Source of the DNA: an uncultured Sphingomonadales bacterium
GTDB lineage: Bacteria > Pseudomonadota > Alphaproteobacteria > Sphingomonadales > Sphingomonadaceae
Length of the DNA: 64,000 bases
Assembly (NCBI GenBank): GCA_903832325.1
Contig: CAILBC010000012.1
Coordinates: forward strand, 84,379 to 148,378
Reading direction: 5' to 3'
The notes beneath the pieces were generated by a model that was given only the letters and a program-made list of their open reading frames with translations, had not been told where the DNA came from and did no database searches. Position 1 is the first letter of the stretch, and every line of letters begins with the position of its first letter. Below, piece after piece: positions 8,681 through 17,556 of the stretch. The position numbers were made by a program, and so were the translations under genes.

Positions 8681-11532
8681 AGGCGGAAATAGCGGCCGAT
8701 GATGCCGTCCATGTGCATCGCCGGGTTCACCGGGATGAACGCGCCGCCATAGGTTTCCGCATCGACCGGCGCCTTGGTATCGAACAGGTTGTCGACATCA
8801 AAGCTGACCTTGATCTTGGGCGTAAGCTGATAGCCCGAAACCAGGTTGATCGACGTGAACGAGGCCACTTTGCAGAACTGCGAATTCTGCGCGCCCGGCG
8901 TGGCCGTGGCGAGCACATAGGCCCCGTTCCACGCGCCGGCGCAAGTGGACTGCGAACCACCGGCAACGCTCGGGTCGGTCACGCTGAACGAACTGATCCA
9001 GTATCCGCTCAGACCGAGGCTGAGCGGGCCTTTTTCGACAAACAGCGACGCATTGATGCGATCGCGCGGGTTGCCGGTATCGCCCGACACGCCCGACGGA
9101 CCATGCGTTCCGGCCAGATGATAGACCGAACCATTGGGCGCGGTGAGGTCATAGTTGAACGTGTGCGTCCAGTCGATCCGCGCGCGGATCGAGGCATTGG
9201 CCAGCTTGAAGCGATATTCGCTGTTGATGTCGATCCCGCTGGTCGTGGTCGACTGCGCATTGACATAGCCGGCAAAGCAGGCGGCCAGCGGCCCGGCAAT
9301 CGGCAGCGAGGCCCCGGGGATCTGGTTGCCGTTGCCATCCTGCACCCCGGCGATCGGAATCGCGGGCGAACGCACGCAATTGGTCGAATCGAAGGCATAG
9401 CTGGGCAGCTGCGAGGCCGAAACGATCTGGTTGTTGATCTTGATGTGGTAGTAATCGAACGTGGTCGACCAGCCCTTGATCGGCTCGACCACCGCGCCCG
9501 CCGTGAACGAGGTCGACTTTTCAGGCCGCAGGCCCTTCGACGTGGTCTGCGCAAAGCCGACTTGTTCCGAACAGGTGGCCGGAACCGTGCCGGCCGGGAA
9601 CGGACCGCCCGCACCATTGGGGCACAGCACCGGATCGACAAAGCCGCCCAGGCCAAAGATGGTCTGCGACGTGCCGTATTCCGCCGGTGACGGCGCACGG
9701 AACCCCTTTGAGAACGTGCCGCGCAGCAAAATCCAGGGCTGCGCCTTCCACGTCAGGCCGGCCTTGGGCGTGATCGAGTTGCCATAGCTGGTGTAATAGT
9801 CATCGCGCAGCGCACCGTTGAATTCGACCGTGTCGAAAATGCGCGCATCGACTTCCACATATTCCGCAATGTCGGTTTCGCGGCCGATGGCATACGTGCT
9901 GAACGTGCCGCCGATCGCGCCCGACAGCACCGGCGCCGGGCCGGGGTTGTACAGATCCTTGTTGACCACGCTGGCACCCAGCGCGACCGACAGATCACCG
10001 CCGGGCAGCGTGGCGATTTTCTTGCTGGCATGGGCTTCGGCATAGAGCAGCTGGTCGGTGGCCAGGTTGCGGAACCGCGGCGCAATCGCGTTGATCACCG
10101 CAGGGGTATTGCCGCCCAGCGGGTTGAATTTCGGGTTGTCCGACCCATCGACCGTGTTCAGCGCTGCGAACAGACTGTTATAATTCACATAGTTGCTGAA
10201 TTTTTCAGTGGTGACGACATAGCTGCCGCCGATCGCGCTGGCAAAATCCCAGCCGGCGATCGTACCGGTCAGATCGATCGCGGCGCGCCAGGTCTTGCTG
10301 TCGATATCGATCGTCGGCAGGCCGATATCGGCAATCACGCCCTGCAGATAGGACCCGGCACCATTGCCCATGCCCATGAAATTGGCGGGAACGGTAAAGT
10401 TCGAAATCAGCCCGATTGCCGGAACCGGCAGGCTGCCGATCGGGTTGGACACGTTGCCCGCGAACGACCCGCCGGGATAGGTGTTGTAACCGGTGCCGGT
10501 CTGCTGGCCTTCGCTATCAAACAGGGATGCGCGCACTTTGACCTGCCAGCCGGCACCGAAATCCTTGGTGAACCCGATCAGCAGGTTGGCATTGCGCGTG
10601 GGCGACAGCAGCTTTTGCGGCGAGGTATACGTGCACAGGCTGGCCGCGAGCGCGCCGGCGTTGCAATTGGAATTGAGGAAAGTCAGCGTGTTGTTGGCAT
10701 TCACCAGATAGGGCGTCTGCGTGGCCGGCTGGCCGGCATTGGTGAAATTGACCGCGCCGGGGCGCATGTCATTGCCGCCAAAGCGCGAAAAGTTGAGATT
10801 GCCCCAGGGCGCATAGCCCGCGCGCTGCGCCAGCAGGATCGAATCCTGATCGTGGAATTCGGCGGTGACGTAGAAATTGTAGCCGTCGTGGCCAAGATCG
10901 CCCTTGCCCAGCGCCAGCGCGACATGGCGCGTGGCGCCGCCGCCATGTTCGGAATTGCCGACATCGAATTGCGCTTCGGCCCCGGTGATCTGCTTTTTCA
11001 GAATCACGTTGACCACGCCGGCAATCGCATCGGAGCCGTAAATGGCCGAGGCGCCATCCTTCAGCACTTCGACGCGTTCCACCGCGAACAGCGGGATCGA
11101 CTGGACATCGGTGAACTGGCGTTCGCCATCGTCCGACAGCGGATAGGGCGACAGACGGTGCCCATCGACCAGCACCAGCGTCGCGCCGACCGACAGGCCG
11201 CGCAGCGCGATGCCCGAGGCGCCACCGGCAAAAGCTTCGGAATTGCTGTTGGACAGTGTGCCGGCGCCGTTCGACGTCAGGTTCGACAGCACGGTGGCGA
11301 GGTTGTCATACCCGGTCGTAGCCAGCTGCTTGGCATCGATCAGCGTGAGCGGGCTGGCCGTTTCGGTGTTGATGCGCTTGATCGACGATCCGGTGACGAC
11401 GATTTCAGGCGCAGGCGCAGCATCTTTTGCCGGGGTGGCGGGCGCGCTTTGCGCAAGCGCCGGTGCGGCAATCAGGGCAAGGCCGAGCGCGGCACCGGCA
11501 ACGCCGGCGTGGAGCTGTGTCAGGTGCTTCAT
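8659..11532 (-). CDS. TonB-dependent receptor (~957 aa)
   Basis: MKHLTQLH signal peptide, EIVVTGSSIKR TonB box, RVEVLKDGASAIYGSDAIAGVVN, C-terminal GRYFRLTLNVKY. Confidence 0.93.
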   Translation of the reverse strand: MKHLTQLHAGVAGAALGLALIAAPALAQSAPATPAKDAAPAPEIVVTGSSIKRINTETASPLTLIDAKQLATTGYDNLATVLSNLTSNGAGTLSNSNSEAFAGGASGIALRGLSVGATLVLVDGHRLSPYPLSDDGERQFTDVQSIPLFAVERVEVLKDGASAIYGSDAIAGVVNVILKKQITGAEAQFDVGNSEHGGGATRHVALALGKGDLGHDGYNFYVTAEFHDQDSILLAQRAGYAPWGNLNFSRFGGNDMRPGAVNFTNAGQPATQTPYLVNANNTLTFLNSNCNAGALAASLCTYTSPQKLLSPTRNANLLIGFTKDFGAGWQVKVRASLFDSEGQQTGTGYNTYPGGSFAGNVSNPIGSLPVPAIGLISNFTVPANFMGMGNGAGSYLQGVIADIGLPTIDIDSKTWRAAIDLTGTIAGWDFASAIGGSYVVTTEKFSNYVNYNSLFAALNTVDGSDNPKFNPLGGNTPAVINAIAPRFRNLATDQLLYAEAHASKKIATLPGGDLSVALGASVVNKDLYNPGPAPVLSGAIGGTFSTYAIGRETDIAEYVEVDARIFDTVEFNGALRDDYYTSYGNSITPKAGLTWKAQPWILLRGTFSKGFRAPSPAEYGTSQTIFGLGGFVDPVLCPNGAGGPFPAGTVPATCSEQVGFAQTTSKGLRPEKSTSFTAGAVVEPIKGWSTTFDYYHIKINNQIVSASQLPSYAFDSTNCVRSPAIPIAGVQDGNGNQIPGASLPIAGPLAACFAGYVNAQSTTTSGIDINSEYRFKLANASIRARIDWTHTFNYDLTAPNGSVYHLAGTHGPSGVSGDTGNPRDRINASLFVEKGPLSLGLSGYWISSFSVTDPSVAGGSQSTCAGAWNGAYVLATATPGAQNSQFCKVASFTSINLVSGYQLTPKIKVSFDVDNLFDTKAPVDAETYGGAFIPVNPAMHMDGIIGRYFRLTLNVKY

Positions 11533-11873
11533 GGTTGTGCGGACCCTTGATGTTGGAGGCATTCGGGTGGCCTGAGACCGGCCGGTTCTTGTGGCAAACA
11601 CGCGATCGGCCCACCCGGACTGCCCAAAGGCGCAGATTGCGGCCCTGGCATGGTCGCGGTCAGACCAAGGCGCGCGCTCTGGCAGCGCCGGGCGGACGGC
11701 GTAAATTGCCCAAATGGACATCACGGGATTTTGAGTGTCGCTGTAACCGAATTGCAACAGGATCAACGCGCAACAGCATGATTTTTGCACGGCGCGCCCC
11801 GGTGCAGGGCCGGAACGTTACCGGATCCTGGATCACGGATTACCGATACTTAATCGTTGAATCCGGGGCCTGA

Positions 11874-12713
11874 TCAGGCGGCGAGAAACAGCAGCGGGTC
11901 CAGCTTTCGCCCGTGCCAGTTCAGCGCCCAGTGCAAGTGGGGCCCGGTCGCGCGCCCGGTCATGCCCACTTCGCCGATCGTGTCCCCCTGGCGCAGAACG
12001 GTGCCTTCGGTCACATGGAGCGCGCGGGCGTGGAGCATCGCGCTGTTCAGCCCCATGCCATGATCGACGATCACCAGGTGGCCTTCCAGCGTGAAGGGTT
12101 CGCCGGCCGCGGCAAGCACCACCACCCCGTCGGCGGGCGCCAGAATCGCCGATCCGGCGGGCGCGGCCAGATCGAGCCCGCCGTGATAGGCCGCCGGCAC
12201 CCCGCGAAACACGCGCTGCGCGCCAAACCGCCCCGACAGCGGCCCATGCGCGGGGCGCATCATCATCTGCCGCCAGCCCTGCGCGCCGGTATCGTGCCGC
12301 CGCGCCGCGCCGATCTGCGCCAGTTCGGCACTGCGCCGCCGCGCAAATTCGGCATCGGCCATGCCCGGCGGGTGCATCGGCGTGTTGACATGTTCGATCT
12401 GCCAGGCGCGCGGGGCCACGGCGATGATCTGGCTGATCGGGCCGGCAGCAGCTTGCGCGGATAGCACCGCCTGTGGCGGCGAATCACGGTCAAACGCCAG
12501 CAGGAACACGCCATCGGGGGCATGGGCCAGATCGCGATCATCCAGCCGCAAGCCGCTGGCGCCCGGTGGCAGATGCCCGCGCAGCCAACCGCCCTGCGTG
12601 GGCTGCCCGGTCAGCGCAAAACGGTCATCCGCCGCATGTGCGGCGCGTGACCCAAGGGTGGCGAGCGCCCCGGCGGCGAACAGCAGGTGTCGCCGGGTGC
12701 AGGCCGCGATCAT
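11874..12713 (-). CDS. M23 family metallopeptidase
   Basis: HGGLD (HxxxD) and GPHLHW motifs; TRRHLL leader; ATGA overlap with the upstream gene. Confidence 0.9.
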   Translation of the reverse strand: MIAACTRRHLLFAAGALATLGSRAAHAADDRFALTGQPTQGGWLRGHLPPGASGLRLDDRDLAHAPDGVFLLAFDRDSPPQAVLSAQAAAGPISQIIAVAPRAWQIEHVNTPMHPPGMADAEFARRRSAELAQIGAARRHDTGAQGWRQMMMRPAHGPLSGRFGAQRVFRGVPAAYHGGLDLAAPAGSAILAPADGVVVLAAAGEPFTLEGHLVIVDHGMGLNSAMLHARALHVTEGTVLRQGDTIGEVGMTGRATGPHLHWALNWHGRKLDPLLFLAA

Positions 12714-12922
12714 TCCTGGCCGAGCAGGCGCCGCGTGGCGATGGCGCAGCTGGCATAGGCTTCCTGCCGTTCCGCGCTCCAGTACCGCAGCAGATCGAGC
12801 GGGATCGGCGCGCCGGTCACCGCGCAAAGCACATGATCGCCCGCCGAAAGCTGGCGAAACGTGCCGGGAAGATAATGAAGCCGCGCCAGGCGACCGACAG
12901 GGGGAGAAAGCATGGCCATCAC
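12710..12922 (-). CDS. DUF2093-like small protein
   Basis: LHY...F...GDHVLCAVTGAPIPLDLLRYWS..RQEAY pattern; typical position after xseA. Confidence 0.8.
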   Translation of the reverse strand: MMAMLSPPVGRLARLHYLPGTFRQLSAGDHVLCAVTGAPIPLDLLRYWSAERQEAYASCAIATRRLLGQE

Positions 12923-12939
12923 CTAGGCGGATTTGCCGG

Positions 12940-14421
12940 TCAAAGCAATTTCGGCTGTTGCCCGGCGCGGTCTGTCACCGGTTTTTCGGGCGCACCGCTG
13001 CGCGGTCGCGGCTTTGGCGCGCCAGAGTCCCCCGCGGGAACAACCGCCAGCGGACCATCGGCAAATTTCAGCACCAGATCACCCAGACCCGCCGCTGCGG
13101 CACGCGTCTTCACCACGCGCCCGGCCGGATCGGTCACCAGCACATAGCCGCGCTGCAGCGGCGCCTCGGGATCGAGCGAGCGACGCAGCCGATCAAGCGC
13201 ATCGACCGTGCGCCGCGCCTGGGCGATGCGTTGCAGCAACAGATCGGGCCGCAGGCGCTGTGCCGCCAGCCGGTCGCTTTCCCGGCGCAGCCGCGCCTGC
13301 AACAGCGCGGGGCGCAGCGCGCCGCCGTGGCGCGCCAGCTGCGCGGCGGCCAGATCGGTGCGATGGCCCAGCGACCGGCGCAAGCGGTCACCCAGATCAT
13401 CAAGCCGCTGCGCCTGCGCGGCGAGCAGCGCCTGCGGCTGGGGCAGGCGCCGCGCGCGCAGATCGAGCCGTTCGCGCGCCTGCGCCATCTGCCGGCCGAT
13501 TGCGCGCTGACGCCGCGCCGCAAATTCGGAAAGCGCCGTCGCCAGGTCAGCGCGCACCGGCACTGCCATTTCGGCCGCGGCCGTTGGCGTCGGCGCACGC
13601 CGGTCGGCTGCGAAATCGGCCAGCGTGGTATCGGTTTCGTGCCCCACGGCGCTGATCACCGGAATGGTCGAGCCGGCAATCGCGCGCACCACCACTTCCT
13701 CGTTGAACGCCCACAGATCCTCGATCGATCCGCCGCCCCGCGCCACGATTACCAGATCGGGCCGGGGAACCGGTCCATCGGGCGGCAGATCGGAAAAGCC
13801 GCGCACCGCCGCCGCCACTTGCGCGGCCGCACCCTGCCCCTGCACCAGCACCGGCCAGACCACGACATGGCTGGGAAAACGATCGCGCAGCCGATGCAGG
13901 ATATCGCGGATCACCGCCCCGGTGGGCGACGTCACCACGCCGATCACGCGCGGCAGATAGGGGATCGGCCGTTTGCGCGCGGCATCGAACAGCCCTTCGG
14001 CAGCCAGCCGCGCCTTGGTCTTTTCCAGCAGGGCGAGCAGGGCGCCTTCGCCGGCAATTTCCATCCGTTCGATCACGATCTGGTAATTCGACCGGCCGGG
14101 ATAAGTCGTCAGCTTGCCCGTGGCGATCACTTCGACCCCGTCGGCGGGCTGAAATCCCAGCCGCTGCACCGAACCGCGCCACATCACCCCGTCCAGCCGC
14201 GCGGCATCGTCCTTCAGGCTGCAATAGAGATGCCCCGAGGCGGCGCGTTTCACCCCCGACAGCTCGCCGCGCACGCGGACATAGCCGAAACGATCCTCCA
14301 CCGTGCGCTTGAGCAGTTGCGACAGTTCGGAAATCGACAGCGCCGGGGCGTTGTCGCCCGCGGTTTCGCTCGCTAACAGCGCGGAGGGAGCGTCATCGTC
14401 GCTCGCGAAAGGAGTACTCAT
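12940..14421 (-). CDS. xseA: Exodeoxyribonuclease VII large subunit
   Basis: [53 protein letters not shown]. Start MSTPF at 14421 with SD AGGA. Confidence 0.95.
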   Translation of the reverse strand: MSTPFASDDDAPSALLASETAGDNAPALSISELSQLLKRTVEDRFGYVRVRGELSGVKRAASGHLYCSLKDDAARLDGVMWRGSVQRLGFQPADGVEVIATGKLTTYPGRSNYQIVIERMEIAGEGALLALLEKTKARLAAEGLFDAARKRPIPYLPRVIGVVTSPTGAVIRDILHRLRDRFPSHVVVWPVLVQGQGAAAQVAAAVRGFSDLPPDGPVPRPDLVIVARGGGSIEDLWAFNEEVVVRAIAGSTIPVISAVGHETDTTLADFAADRRAPTPTAAAEMAVPVRADLATALSEFAARRQRAIGRQMAQARERLDLRARRLPQPQALLAAQAQRLDDLGDRLRRSLGHRTDLAAAQLARHGGALRPALLQARLRRESDRLAAQRLRPDLLLQRIAQARRTVDALDRLRRSLDPEAPLQRGYVLVTDPAGRVVKTRAAAAGLGDLVLKFADGPLAVVPAGDSGAPKPRPRSGAPEKPVTDRAGQQPKLL

Positions 14422-15712
14422 GAATATCCTGTTGCTCGGGGGCGGTGGGCGCGAACATGCGCTGGCGTGGAAACTGGCGCAAAGCCCCCGGCTCGGCAAG
14501 CTTCATGCGGTACCCGGCAATCCGGGCATTGCCGAACACGCCCTGTGCCACGCGATCGACCTGACTGATCACGACGCGGTGATCGCGCTGTGCGATGAGG
14601 AACGCATCGACCTGGTGGTGATCGGGCCCGAGGCACCGCTGGTCGACGGTCTGGCCGACACTTTGCGCGGGTCCGGCATCAGCGTGTTCGGGCCTTCGCA
14701 GGCCGCGGCACAGCTGGAAGGGTCCAAGGGCTTTACCAAGGATCTGTGCGCCCGCGCGGGCATTCCCACCGCCGCCTATCTGCGCACCGCCAGCCGCGAC
14801 GAGGCGCTGTCGGCACTGGGCCGGTTCGGCCTGCCGGTGGTGATCAAGGCCGATGGCCTGGCCGCGGGCAAAGGCGTGGTGATTGCCGAAACCACCGATG
14901 ACGCGCGCGCCGCGATTGCCGACATGTTTGGCGGCCAGTTCGGCGGCCAGTTCGGCGGGGCCGGCGCCGAAGTGGTGATCGAGGAATTCATGACCGGCGA
15001 AGAGGCCAGCTTTTTCGCGCTGACCGATGGCGCCACCATCGTCCCATTCGGTTCGGCGCAAGATCACAAGCGCGTGGGCGATGGCGATAGCGGGCCCAAC
15101 ACCGGCGGCATGGGCGCCTATAGCCCGGCGCGCGTGCTGACCCCTGATCTGGAAAGCGAAGTGCTGACCCGGATCATCGCGCCCACGGTGCAGGCGATGG
15201 CCGATGCCGGCATGGCCTATTCCGGGGTGCTTTATGCCGGGCTGATGCTGACCGCCGAGGGGCCAAGGCTGATCGAATACAATTGCCGCTTTGGCGATCC
15301 CGAATGCCAGGTGCTGATGCTGCGGCTGGAAAGCGATCTGATCGAAGTGCTGTCGGCCGTGGCCGACAGCTGGCTGGCGGCGATTGCCCCGCCGGTGTTT
15401 TCGCCGCAGCCGGCGCTGACCGTGGTGATGGCCGCAAACGGCTATCCGGGCACGCCGCAAAAGGGCGGGATGATCGCCGGGCTGGCCGATGCCGAACGCG
15501 ATGGGGCCAAAGTGTTTCATGCCGGAACGCTGCGCGATGATCAGGGCGTGCTGCGCGCCAGCGGCGGCCGCGTGCTTGCGGTATCGGTCTGCGCGCCCAG
15601 CGTGCGCGCGGCGCGCGATGCCGCCTATCGCGCGGTCGACGCGATCGATTTTCCGCAAGGGTTCTGCCGCCGCGACATCGGCTGGCGCGAAATCGCGCGC
15701 GAGGCGGAATGA
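14420..15712 (+). CDS. purD: Phosphoribosylamine--glycine ligase
   Basis: [59 protein letters not shown]; SD AAGGAG. Confidence 0.97.
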   Translation: MNILLLGGGGREHALAWKLAQSPRLGKLHAVPGNPGIAEHALCHAIDLTDHDAVIALCDEERIDLVVIGPEAPLVDGLADTLRGSGISVFGPSQAAAQLEGSKGFTKDLCARAGIPTAAYLRTASRDEALSALGRFGLPVVIKADGLAAGKGVVIAETTDDARAAIADMFGGQFGGQFGGAGAEVVIEEFMTGEEASFFALTDGATIVPFGSAQDHKRVGDGDSGPNTGGMGAYSPARVLTPDLESEVLTRIIAPTVQAMADAGMAYSGVLYAGLMLTAEGPRLIEYNCRFGDPECQVLMLRLESDLIEVLSAVADSWLAAIAPPVFSPQPALTVVMAANGYPGTPQKGGMIAGLADAERDGAKVFHAGTLRDDQGVLRASGGRVLAVSVCAPSVRAARDAAYRAVDAIDFPQGFCRRDIGWREIAREAE

Positions 15713-15797
15713 TCAACTACAGGCGCCGCCGCTTCGACTCTGCGATGCGGGGGAGCGGGCCGGTACCGACTTCCCGAAACGGAGTTTCGGGTCAGAC

Positions 15798-15815
15798 ACT
15801 GACAAGCCAGTCAGT
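15798..15815. promoter_or_regulatory. Palindrome ACTGAC-N6-GTCAGT preceding an AT-rich tract
   Basis: Perfect 6-bp arms; followed by the AT-rich stretch 15816-15870 and preceded by the hairpin CCCGAAAC-gga-GTTTCGGG (15773-15791). Confidence 0.4.
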
Positions 15816-15994
15816 AATGCCAATGTAAAATTTGGCCTTATAATTGTAAAAATTCTTTTTTTCAGCGATACTCCTGCTTTGGACATGAGCAATCCGGCGA
15901 ATCACTTGTCATCATGAAGTTTACCCCTACGATAAACGCGGGCTTGCGTGCTTGACCGGCGCAAGATTGGGTAATTCATTGTCGTGGGGGCAAC

Positions 15995-17395
15995 ATGAAC
16001 AAGGTTTTGGCCGGTACGCTGATTGCGTGCCTTGCATCATTTGCGTTTTCCGGAAATGTCGCCGCTCAGACCGCACCGCCGAATTACGGCAATTACCAAA
16101 GCCTCGATGGCAATTTCCGGATCGGAATCGAGCTTTCGGCTCCGTTGTTCGGGCTTCCCACGCGCGCTGCCGCATTTGAGCAGACGACCATCAATGATAT
16201 TACCCGATTTGTCGATCCGGCCGAGATCGCGGCCTATCTCAATCAGCCCCTGTCAACTTCGATCTATGCCCAGCAAGGGCAAGTCAACGGTGTGTTCGAT
16301 CTGCGCGGCGTTCCAGTGCTGGCCGGTTATGCGGCAAACAGCCCCGTTCTGACAGTGCGGTTCGTCAATCCGGTCGCTGCTCCCGCAGTCATCAGTATAC
16401 CCGGCGCCACGTATCTGACACTGACCGACAGCGCGGGGCAGCCCTGCAGCTTTACCTATAACGGCGCGAACCGGAGCCAGTCCTATGCCCAGTTCGATGC
16501 CGACACCAGCGATGGCAATACGGCGACCGCGCGGCGCATGCTGCAATGCCTTGGCCGCGCCTGGGCAAATTTTTCGCCGGTCGATCCCCTGGTAGGAAAC
16601 CCCTATTCCCTGCAAGGCACAATGGTGCGCGCGGGGCTTGATCTGACCAGCGGTGATTCGCTTGCGGAAAGGTCTGCGGCAGGAAACGGTGCCAATTCGG
16701 CGGGTGATTCCTGGGTGATCGGGGGAGCCTATGCCGGCGGAACGGCAGACCGTTATGACCTGACCCGGATCGAAGCGCGCATCGCCAAGGGCTGGCGTGT
16801 TTTTGCCGGCAGCCGGGCGCGACTGAAACTTGACCTGCCGTTCAATTTTACGCGCATCAAGGGCGCCGTTGCCTATACCGGGCAAGTCGGCCTGGCGTTG
16901 GAACTGCCGGTAAAGCCCAACTGGTCGATCGAACCGCGCCTGTCCTATGGCCTGGTGTATTCGGCTGATCAGGGATCGGTCGGGCACATTGCGCAAGGTT
17001 CCATTGCCAGTCGCTATGCAATCGGCCACATCGGCCGTGGCGTCCTGACCATCGGCAACATGGTCAGCTATGGCGGGACGCTCAAGACACCGGGCAGCCT
17101 CGACCTCAACCCCGACATCAAGAACTGGGGCTTTCGCAACGGTCTGGCTTATGAATTGCCGCTGAAAATGCGGGTTTCACAGCATCTGATGTCGGTTCGT
17201 GCCAGCTATGTTTATACCACCTTTGCGGGCGACAAATTGTACAACAACAATTTTCACGAAGCGACGCTGTCGCTGGGTGTCCGCGGCCGTGAAGACACCC
17301 CAAAACAATTCCGCGATGTGGTCCGCCTGATTTTCAGCACTGTCCAGGCGCATCATTTCCACACGTGGACCGCCGGCCTGGGCTTTCATTTCTGA
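15995..17395 (+). CDS. Uncharacterised secreted / outer-membrane beta-barrel protein
   Basis: Sec signal (..GNVAAQ); C-terminal half with alternating aromatic/hydrophobic strands ending WTAGLGFHF (beta-signal-like). Confidence 0.65.
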   Translation: MNKVLAGTLIACLASFAFSGNVAAQTAPPNYGNYQSLDGNFRIGIELSAPLFGLPTRAAAFEQTTINDITRFVDPAEIAAYLNQPLSTSIYAQQGQVNGVFDLRGVPVLAGYAANSPVLTVRFVNPVAAPAVISIPGATYLTLTDSAGQPCSFTYNGANRSQSYAQFDADTSDGNTATARRMLQCLGRAWANFSPVDPLVGNPYSLQGTMVRAGLDLTSGDSLAERSAAGNGANSAGDSWVIGGAYAGGTADRYDLTRIEARIAKGWRVFAGSRARLKLDLPFNFTRIKGAVAYTGQVGLALELPVKPNWSIEPRLSYGLVYSADQGSVGHIAQGSIASRYAIGHIGRGVLTIGNMVSYGGTLKTPGSLDLNPDIKNWGFRNGLAYELPLKMRVSQHLMSVRASYVYTTFAGDKLYNNNFHEATLSLGVRGREDTPKQFRDVVRLIFSTVQAHHFHTWTAGLGFHF

Positions 17396-17556
17396 CGCCG
17401 GCCCCTTGGGCGCTGGCGCATCGGGCTGACGCGCATCGGGCTGACCCGGGGCGCTGGCCCCACGGCAGAAACCGGCACGTGATGGACCAGTTCACCATGG
17501 ACAAGACTGTGTATTGACGCGACCATTGCAGCCGCGGACTCGCTGGGGGACACGGC

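Noticed and set aside
11533-11873. Cobalamin or TPP riboswitch upstream of the TBDRs (also 8185-8540)
   Set aside because: I could not find the B12-box or TPP core sequences by eye; an Rfam scan would settle it.
14422-14499. Longer xseA start at 14499, and longer purD start at 14303
   Set aside because: The extensions are just the antisense of the partner gene; the internal ATGs have good SDs and match expected N-termini.
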